A DNA stretch of 64,000 bases. Origin: Desulfatiglandales bacterium (GTDB lineage Bacteria > Desulfobacterota > DSM-4660 > Desulfatiglandales > Desulfatiglandaceae). Location: the NCBI GenBank assembly GCA_963662465.1, contig OY759599.1, positions 2,400,001-2,464,000 of the forward strand, written 5' to 3'. The notes under the pieces were generated by a model. It was not told where the DNA came from and made no database searches. It saw only the letters and a program-made list of their open reading frames with translations. Position numbers and translations under genes: made by a program. Positions 57,041 to 64,000 of this stretch are shown here, in pieces; position 1 is the first letter of the stretch; each line of letters opens with the position of its first letter.

Positions 57041-58117
57041 ATGATTAAAGTAAAATGTCCCGGTTGCGGGACTGGCTATAAAATTCCTAAAGAACGGCTG
57101 ACCCTGGGCAAAAGTGTCGCTTTTTCCTGCCCAAAATGCGGGCGACGCATTGTTTTAAATTTGAAATCCCGACCCACCGTCGGCAACCCGCCTGCCGCCC
57201 AAACTGAAAACTCACTCCGGGCACAAGAACATCCCCCTGACTCGACCGCAACCCATGAGGCAACGTCACGGGATGCTCAGCAACTGAGAGATCGAATCAA
57301 ACGTTCCCTTAAGGACATTCCGTTTATGCCCCAAGCCGTGATTAAAGCGCAGAAAGCCATGGCTGATCCCAAAACCGGCGGAGAAGAACTGGCCCGAATT
57401 CTCAAAACAGACCAGGCCATCGTCTCCAGTATACTGAGAACCGCCAATTCAGCCTATTTCGGCATGAGCGGAAAAGTCTCTTCCATAGAAAAAGCATGCA
57501 TCATTCTCGGTCAACAGAACATAAGAGAACTCATCATGATGACCGGCGCCTCCAATCTGCTGGGAAAAACCATGAAGGGGTACGGTTTTAAATCCGGTGA
57601 ATTATGGATGCATTCCCTGGCTGCGAGCATTGGCGCCAAGATGATTGCCAACAAGAGAAATCCTGATTTGGCAAATAATGCCTATTTGAGCGGGCTGCTG
57701 CACGATGTGGGAAAGATCATACTGGACCCATATATCCTGGAAAGGAAGGCGGCATTTGATGAATTCTTGAAAAATGAGGACCATACAATCCTTGAGGCTG
57801 AAAAGCATATTCTGGGTTTTGACCATGCGGAAATCGCCTTTGAGATATGCAACAAATGGAACATCCCCGAGGAAGTCGCCATTGCCATAAAAAATCACCA
57901 CAGCCCGTCAGGCTCCAAAAATCACGAGCTTTCTTACATTGTTCATACAGGTGATTATCTGGCCAGATTGTGCGGTCTCGGATATGAAAGTGATGACATC
58001 CTGTATCAAATGGAAATGGGGACCGCCGAATTTCTTGGCCTCAACCAGGAAATTCTCGGCAATATGATGTTGCAGGTTCTTGAAGCAGTTCAGCAAATTG
58101 GTCGTTCCTTAAAATAA
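57041..58117 (+). CDS. Zinc-ribbon plus HDOD domain protein
   Basis: CPGC...CPKC (MJ0042-like finger); LRTANSAYF, LWMHS, GLLHDVGK and DHAEI. Confidence 0.9.
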   Translation: MIKVKCPGCGTGYKIPKERLTLGKSVAFSCPKCGRRIVLNLKSRPTVGNPPAAQTENSLRAQEHPPDSTATHEATSRDAQQLRDRIKRSLKDIPFMPQAVIKAQKAMADPKTGGEELARILKTDQAIVSSILRTANSAYFGMSGKVSSIEKACIILGQQNIRELIMMTGASNLLGKTMKGYGFKSGELWMHSLAASIGAKMIANKRNPDLANNAYLSGLLHDVGKIILDPYILERKAAFDEFLKNEDHTILEAEKHILGFDHAEIAFEICNKWNIPEEVAIAIKNHHSPSGSKNHELSYIVHTGDYLARLCGLGYESDDILYQMEMGTAEFLGLNQEILGNMMLQVLEAVQQIGRSLK

Positions 58118-58201
58118 CGATTTTTTATTCTCTACCCCATTGAAAGAGACCGTCTTTTAGGTCATCCGGGAATTGCAACTAAAATCAACTTGGATCAAAT
58201 T

Positions 58202-58585
58202 ATGCCTGAAAACAAAATCTGGGTGTTGTTGGTTGAAGACAATAAATTAATACGAAAATTGAAGGGCAAACAGCTACATAAAGCGGGGTTTCAAATGCTG
58301 CTCGCCGAAGATGGCGAAAAGGCAATGACCCTTCTGGAGTGCTGCACTCCGGACTGCATATTGCTGGACATCTTGATGCCGAAAATGCACGGGCACGCTT
58401 TTTTAGAAGGATTGCGCAAAAAGAACAAATATGTTCCGGTGATTATTTTCAGCGGCATTCATAAAGACCCCAAGCTCGTTGCAACCATGAAAGGCCTGGG
58501 AATTCAGGGATGGATCTCCAAGCAAACCCCTGACATGGAAATTGCGGAACACATCAAAAACGCAGTTGGGGCCAAAGAGCCGTAG
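58202..58585 (+). CDS. Single-domain response regulator
   Basis: VLLVEDN, LLDILMP, IFSG and ISK; ATG 58202 preferred over TTG 58190. Confidence 0.88.
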   Translation: MPENKIWVLLVEDNKLIRKLKGKQLHKAGFQMLLAEDGEKAMTLLECCTPDCILLDILMPKMHGHAFLEGLRKKNKYVPVIIFSGIHKDPKLVATMKGLGIQGWISKQTPDMEIAEHIKNAVGAKEP

Positions 58586-58643
58586 GCGAATTTTTCCGAG
58601 ATTTTGACCACCGTGACATGACGCAAGGGAGACACCCTGCAAA

Positions 58644-59678
58644 ATGAATCAAAATCATTTATTTCAGATTGGGGCGCACCAGGCCGTGCTAAAAAATGAA
58701 GAAACGCTCTTCTATCCGGATGGTTCAAAATACGCGGGCAACCTGGAAAATGGCCGAAGACATGGACAGGGGATACTGTTCTATCCTGACGGCGCAATGG
58801 AATATCAGGGGGGTTGGGAAAACGATCTTCCTCACGGACAGGGAACCTTTGCCGATTCCGGAGGAACGGAATATGCGGGTGATTGGGAAATAGGCAAGCC
58901 GGAGGGACAGGGAACCCTTCGCTTTGCCAATGGCGCACAATATGCCGGAGAATGGAAAACCGGAAAATTTCACGGACAGGGCGTTTATCGGTCATCCGAC
59001 GGTGCCATTGTGTACAAAGGCCAATGGAAAGAAGGAAAAAAACACGGCCGGGGCGCCTACACCCGCAGCCATGGAACCTATATGGGGGAATGGAAAGAGG
59101 GTCGTTTTCATGGCCGGGGGGTACTCTCCTATTCCGACGGATCCTTGAAATATGAGGGCCAATGGCGGGATAACCTCCCCCACGGAAAGGGAATACTCAC
59201 CTACCCGGGCGATGTAACCTATGAAGGAGAATGGAAAGCGGGCATCCCTGACGGAAATGGCGCCATGGATTTTCCAGCCGGGACCTATGTGGGAGAATGG
59301 AAAGGCGGAAAATTTCACGGACAGGGGACCTATCGATCATCTCAAAATTCAATGATCTATAAAGGGGAATGGAAGGAGAATGTCCCCCATGGGCAGGGAA
59401 GCCTCACCTATCCGGACGGTACAAAATATGTCGGCCAATGGCGGCGGGACAAAATTAACGGACACGGGACCATCACCTTTCCCGATGGTGAACGATATAC
59501 CGGAGAATGGAAAAACGGGCAAAGACACGGTCAAGGCGTTTATGCCTTCCCTGACGGCGAAAAATACAGTGGCGAATGGAAAGACGATAAGCGCCATGGC
59601 AAGGGAATCTTCACCCACTCCGACGGGACAACCGATAAAGGAGAATGGCGGGATGGAGATTTTTTGAAAGCCTTTTGA
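58644..59678 (+). CDS. MORN repeat protein (about 13-14 repeats)
   Basis: Repeated Y.GEWK.G..HG.G...Y.DG units across the whole length; no obvious signal peptide. Confidence 0.92.
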   Translation: MNQNHLFQIGAHQAVLKNEETLFYPDGSKYAGNLENGRRHGQGILFYPDGAMEYQGGWENDLPHGQGTFADSGGTEYAGDWEIGKPEGQGTLRFANGAQYAGEWKTGKFHGQGVYRSSDGAIVYKGQWKEGKKHGRGAYTRSHGTYMGEWKEGRFHGRGVLSYSDGSLKYEGQWRDNLPHGKGILTYPGDVTYEGEWKAGIPDGNGAMDFPAGTYVGEWKGGKFHGQGTYRSSQNSMIYKGEWKENVPHGQGSLTYPDGTKYVGQWRRDKINGHGTITFPDGERYTGEWKNGQRHGQGVYAFPDGEKYSGEWKDDKRHGKGIFTHSDGTTDKGEWRDGDFLKAF

Positions 59679-59686
59679 AAATTATA

Positions 59687-61420
59687 TCAAAGGATATCGT
59701 CCACCGTTTCATCCTTCACGCCTCCGCTTCCCTCCACCAGAACCAGCAGTTCGTTCACAAAGGTTTTCATCTCTCGGGCCTGGGCATTCATCTCCCCGGC
59801 AGCGGCGGCGGACTGTTCGGCATGGGCCGCGTTTTGCTGAACCACTTTATCCATTTCACTGACCGCCCTGTTCACCTGATCGATGCCCTGCGCCTGTTCA
59901 GTGGAAGCGGAGGCGATCTCATCCACCAGTTGGTCCACCCGCCCCGTAATCGTGATATTTTCCTGAAAGGCCTCCCTGGTCGCCAGGGTTAAATCCTTTC
60001 CGACCTTGACGGCATTGGTGGTATCCCCAATCAGCACAGCGGTGTTCCTGGCGGATTCCGTGGCCCGCATGGCCAAGTTTCGGACTTCGTCGGCCACCAC
60101 GGCAAATCCCGCGCCCGCCTCCCCGGCCCTGGCCGCCTCGACTGCCGCGTTTAAGGCCAAAAGATTTGTCTGAAATGCAATCTCATCGATGGTCTTGATG
60201 ATTTTCCCGGTCTCTTCACTGGACCGGGTGATGTTTAAAATGGCCCCGTCCATGTCTGCCATGTGTTTTTCGACCCTGTTGACCACATCCTTCGCCTCCC
60301 CCATCATGATCTTGGCCTGGTTGGCGTTTGTTGCATTGTTTTGGGTCATGGCAGACATCTCTTCCAGGGAGGATGAGGTTTCCTCAAGGGAAGCCGCCTG
60401 CTCGGATGCTCCCTCGGCAAGGGAATGGCTGGCCGCGGCAACCTGCTCCGTGGCATGGGAAACCTGTTCGGCCCCTGAATTAATACCGTCGATCACGGCG
60501 TTGATTTTGCCGACAATCTTCCTAATAGAGATAACCGCGTAAAAAGAACCGAACAAAAGAGCGCCCAGGATGAATCCGAAGATCATCCGAAGTGAAAATC
60601 GGGACTGCGCTTTAAGGTTTTGAACGCTCATTTGACCCAATTCGCCGCATACCCCGTTGAGGTTATTCTTGTAAACGTTCATGCGGTCGGCATAATTGCG
60701 CTGATTCATCACCTGGTCTTTGAATTCTTGCAGCTTCGACTGGAAATACTGACGCTGGGCTTCAATCTCCTCGGCGACTGGTCTCAATTTATCGCTGGAT
60801 TCCACCTTTCCCTTCCACACCTTAAGGCTCTCGTTAAGGTTGCTGAGATTTTTCTCAACACTATCCCAGTTTTCATCCGTGCTTTTGTTCGTATAGGCGT
60901 TCACGAGGCCCCTCAAGAGCTTCAAGTTGAGGATCAATTCATCGATCCACAAACTTCCGGCTTCAATCTTTTTAAGCAAAGGTTCGTATAGGGAGTCGAT
61001 CTCCAAGGCCAATTGATGCTTCGTTTTTTCCGATTGCGCGTATTCCGCCATATTTTTTTTATACCGGCGCAAATCCTCTTCGGACCGGTCAAGTTTTTGC
61101 TTTCCCTCGGCATCAACGATCGAATGCTGTTTAATTTTCCCGACCATCTCCATGGCATGATCCAGTTGGACAACGGCCCCCGTAAAGCCCTGTTCAGCCT
61201 CCTCCTTCATGCCGCTGTACAACGCCAGGAGGTATTGATCCGTATCCCCTTTAATAGATGCCACGATACGCTGAAATTCGTTGATGTCACTATAGAACGC
61301 CGTTACCTTGGAAACCCGGTCGAGCCCTAAATATCCCGCCATTCCCACCACCACCATCAATGCCAGCATAATTGCAATGCCCAATGCAATCCTTTTTCCA
61401 AGCGTCATTGTCAGCGACAT
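59687..61420 (-). CDS. Methyl-accepting chemotaxis protein
   Basis: Two TMs flanking a helical periplasmic domain; [34 protein letters not shown]. Confidence 0.96.
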   Translation of the reverse strand: MSLTMTLGKRIALGIAIMLALMVVVGMAGYLGLDRVSKVTAFYSDINEFQRIVASIKGDTDQYLLALYSGMKEEAEQGFTGAVVQLDHAMEMVGKIKQHSIVDAEGKQKLDRSEEDLRRYKKNMAEYAQSEKTKHQLALEIDSLYEPLLKKIEAGSLWIDELILNLKLLRGLVNAYTNKSTDENWDSVEKNLSNLNESLKVWKGKVESSDKLRPVAEEIEAQRQYFQSKLQEFKDQVMNQRNYADRMNVYKNNLNGVCGELGQMSVQNLKAQSRFSLRMIFGFILGALLFGSFYAVISIRKIVGKINAVIDGINSGAEQVSHATEQVAAASHSLAEGASEQAASLEETSSSLEEMSAMTQNNATNANQAKIMMGEAKDVVNRVEKHMADMDGAILNITRSSEETGKIIKTIDEIAFQTNLLALNAAVEAARAGEAGAGFAVVADEVRNLAMRATESARNTAVLIGDTTNAVKVGKDLTLATREAFQENITITGRVDQLVDEIASASTEQAQGIDQVNRAVSEMDKVVQQNAAHAEQSAAAAGEMNAQAREMKTFVNELLVLVEGSGGVKDETVDDIL

Positions 61421-61476
61421 GCTTTTTTCCTCCCCGTATTGTAGGATTCTAAACGGATATCATTCCCTCAGCATTA

Positions 61477-61503
61477 ACATCGACATAATCCTGGAAAACT
61501 GAA
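61477..61503 (-). promoter_or_regulatory. Possible sigma28 promoter for the MCP
   Basis: TTCA-N15-GTCGATGT, a partial match to TAAA-N15-GCCGATAA. Confidence 0.35.
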
Positions 61504-61639
61504 GTTAAATCGTGGATAATCCAGGCCCTGACATTTGCAGACCCGGAGTCAAACCGGGAAATACCGTTCCAGCTAAAACGCCTAAGGGCCAAGGACGCCG
61601 AATTTTTTACCACTTTCATTTAAGAATCGCTACACTTAA

Positions 61640-63175
61640 ATGTGGTTGAGCTTCATGATAATAGAGAAATCAGAAAATACCGGGAATACGGAAAAGAAAA
61701 CCAGAATCATCGTCATGAGCGGCATCCTGTTATGCGCAGTCCTCATGACATTCTGGTTTCACGGCGTTTTGGAGAGCGATACGGTCTTTACCCACCTCTT
61801 CTATATCCCCATTATCATGGCGTCCATCTGGTGGCAGCGAAAAGGCCTGCTTGTGGCCTTGTTTCTAGCGGCAATCCTGATAATAAGCCACATTGAGAAC
61901 AAGCTGTTTGTTGTTGCCTACAATGACTATCTCAGGGCAGCGGGGTTTATTCTGATCGCCGTTGTGGTTGCCGGTCTGAGCGAAAAAATTTCCAGGTCGG
62001 AGGCAGCGTTGCGAAAGAGCGAGGAAAAATATCGCACCCTTTTTGAAAACGCTCAGGTGGGAATCGTCAGGACGACAATCGAAGATGGCAGGGTTCTGGA
62101 AGCAAACCGCAGAGAAGCTGAAATCGTCGGATATGACAGCACGGAACACCTGAAGGGGCAGTTCATTTTTTCCAAACAATACGCGGACAAGGGTGAGCGT
62201 GAGGCCATGTTGTCCGAGATCTTGCGTACGGGAAAAATCGACAATTTCGAAACCCGCCTCATTCGTAAAGACGGAGAAATCATCTGGTTACGCTACTCAG
62301 CCCGGGCCTATCCGGAAAAAGGTCATATCGAAGGGATTATGGCGGACATTACAGCGGAAAAGGCGGCAATGGATGCGCTGCTTGAAAGTGAAAAAGCGCT
62401 GAGGAATAAGAACCTTGAACTGCTTCTGGAAGGAAGGAAAAGGCGATATTTATCAGAAAAGCTCATCAATTTGCTCGAAAGGGATCGAAAACGGATCTCG
62501 ATGGACCTTCACGACCAGGTGGGCCAGGACCTCACAACCCTCAAGATGGATCTGGAGATGCTGCTAAGCAAACTCGGCCCCAATGAAAAGGCGTGGGGCG
62601 GCAAGATAAATGCCATGCGGAACAAGGCCGTGAAGGCCATCAGGGATATCAAGGAAATTTCCTCGGGCCTCAGACCCAGCGTCCTTGACCATCTGGGTCT
62701 TGTGCCCGCCTTAAAGGAACTGTGCGACACCATGAATGAACAAGCCGATGTTCATATTGATTTCTTTTGCCCTTCCAAGACTTGCGATCTCGATTCCGCA
62801 ATAGAGGTTGCCATATACCGCATCGTTCAAGAGGGCCTCACCAACATGGTGAAACATTCCAGAGCCCGAAAAGGGTTTGTGACGCTTATCAGAAAAGGGG
62901 AAATGATTACGCTCAGTGTCGAAGACGACGGCATCGGTTTTCCAAAACAGGATAACGATAAATCTAACACATTCGGCAAAGGAATGGGACTTCTGATCAT
63001 GGAAGAGAGGGCAGTACATCTGGGAGGGAGTTTTCATGTGGATTCCAGTGAGGGGGGCGGTACGACCTTATTGGCGGAGATCCCCATAAAAAGAGATGCC
63101 CCATTGGGGCGAGAGGTTGGTTATAGTGGACAAAAAGAGAGTTTTTATCCTCGACGATCACCGGGTGGTCATTGA
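61640..63175 (+). CDS. NarX/UhpB-type (HisKA_3) membrane histidine kinase with a PAS domain
   Basis: About four TMs, PAS, RISMDLHDQVGQ, YRIVQEGLTN, EDDGIGF and GMGL. Confidence 0.92.
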   Translation: MWLSFMIIEKSENTGNTEKKTRIIVMSGILLCAVLMTFWFHGVLESDTVFTHLFYIPIIMASIWWQRKGLLVALFLAAILIISHIENKLFVVAYNDYLRAAGFILIAVVVAGLSEKISRSEAALRKSEEKYRTLFENAQVGIVRTTIEDGRVLEANRREAEIVGYDSTEHLKGQFIFSKQYADKGEREAMLSEILRTGKIDNFETRLIRKDGEIIWLRYSARAYPEKGHIEGIMADITAEKAAMDALLESEKALRNKNLELLLEGRKRRYLSEKLINLLERDRKRISMDLHDQVGQDLTTLKMDLEMLLSKLGPNEKAWGGKINAMRNKAVKAIRDIKEISSGLRPSVLDHLGLVPALKELCDTMNEQADVHIDFFCPSKTCDLDSAIEVAIYRIVQEGLTNMVKHSRARKGFVTLIRKGEMITLSVEDDGIGFPKQDNDKSNTFGKGMGLLIMEERAVHLGGSFHVDSSEGGGTTLLAEIPIKRDAPLGREVGYSGQKESFYPRRSPGGH

Positions 63176-63773
63176 AGGGATCATCAGCGCACTCAAAGAT
63201 GAGAAAGGGATTGAAATCGTAGGAGAAGCCATCGATGCGGTTCAAGGCATAGCGGAGATTGAATCCCTGAAACCCCATATGGTAATCCTTGACATTGCCA
63301 TGCCGCAACTGAACGGCATTGACGCGACACTGAAAATAAAGGAAATAGACCCGCAAATCATCATCATCATCTTTACCATGTATTCCAACAAAGAATATGT
63401 TCTTGACCTTTTTAAGGCAGGGGTCTCCGCCTATGTCCTGAAAGAAGACCCCATACAAAACCTGATATCGGCGATCCATGCGGTGAAGAAAGGAGGAACC
63501 TATTTCAGCGAAAAGGTCCGGGAAGTTTTCTTAAACCACATCCGGGAACTGGAAAACGGCGGGAGCGGTGAGGTGAAAATTGAAAGGCTGAGCAACAGGG
63601 AACGGGAGGTCTTTCTCTTCCTGGCCGAAGGGCAATCCCTTCGGCAGATTGGCGACCGATTGAATATCAGTCCCAAAACCGTAGAGACACACAAATACAA
63701 CTTGATGGAAAAACTGAAGGTGAAAAACGTCGTTGAACTGACCAAAATCGCCATCCGGAAAAACCTTATTTGA
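63126..63773 (+). CDS. NarL/LuxR-family response regulator
   Basis: ILDDH, LDIAMP, LSNREREV and ISPKTVETH; probable GTG start at 63126. Confidence 0.95.
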   Translation: MDKKRVFILDDHRVVIEGIISALKDEKGIEIVGEAIDAVQGIAEIESLKPHMVILDIAMPQLNGIDATLKIKEIDPQIIIIIFTMYSNKEYVLDLFKAGVSAYVLKEDPIQNLISAIHAVKKGGTYFSEKVREVFLNHIRELENGGSGEVKIERLSNREREVFLFLAEGQSLRQIGDRLNISPKTVETHKYNLMEKLKVKNVVELTKIAIRKNLI

Positions 63774-63858
63774 AGCTAAATGATCATCCGACCTTCCGGA
63801 ATTCAGGCAAAACCAAACATATCTTCATCCAGATTTGAAAAAGATTGTACGCCATCCC

Positions 63859-63898
63859 TAGGGATTTTCCCCAATGAAAAATCAGGGATCTCCTGATT
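63859..63898. promoter_or_regulatory. Two tandem palindromic candidate regulator boxes
   Basis: TAGGG-N5-CCCCA (63859-63873) and AATCAGG-N5-CCTGATT (63880-63898), abutting a TTGACT -35-like hexamer. Confidence 0.55.
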
Positions 63899-64000
63899 GA
63901 CTTTTCTTTGTTCTTAACCCCTAATAATGAACCAAGTTCAATAACCCACTGCCGATGAAAGGGGTTTTAAAAATAATGGATTCACAGATCCGCCATGTCC

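Noticed and set aside
164..63754. Numerous 60-250 aa ORFs antisense to or nested in the called genes (e.g. 7638-8396, 9576-10289, 35787-36479)
   Set aside because: They are shadow frames of well-supported genes and show no family motifs.

Overview
Chromosomal 64-kb window from a bacterium whose gene content fits an anaerobic Desulfobacterota (deltaproteobacterial) lineage. This taxonomy is inferred, not tested. About 1-13.9 kb is housekeeping and metabolism: partial RNase E/G, a CoA-activase gene pair, an AT-rich HEPN-MNT toxin-antitoxin-like islet, a radical SAM gene, polA, a single-domain response regulator and a split ADP-forming acyl-CoA synthetase. About 14-20 kb holds two orphan PilB/GspE-type ATPases with MshEN c-di-GMP motifs, one coupled to an HDOD gene and one fused to a receiver domain. 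About 24.5-63.8 kb is a dense motility-accessory and signalling region lacking the core flagellar genes. It contains two MotAB stator pairs (one clearly divergent), FliL, FlaG-like, FlhB-C-like, FliK-like, PilZ, CheW and MCP genes, FlgO-type lipoproteins, SLT and NlpC/P60-like wall hydrolases, and two J-domain proteins. It also carries HDOD, HD-GYP and GGDEF proteins, three histidine kinases and several unknown proteins with internal duplications. Candidate sigma54, sigma28 and sigma70 promoters and enhancer-like palindromes are visible. The most promising candidate systems are: (i) a ModA-like binding protein coupled to a hybrid kinase and an HD-GYP regulator instead of a transporter; (ii) a stator-accessory module with a divergent MotAB, FliL and a pair of unnamed paralogues; (iii) a J-domain fused to MshEN-like repeats alongside orphan MshEN ATPases. 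No rRNA, tRNA, CRISPR array or transposase was recognised. All family calls are by motif recognition, and no database searches were run.
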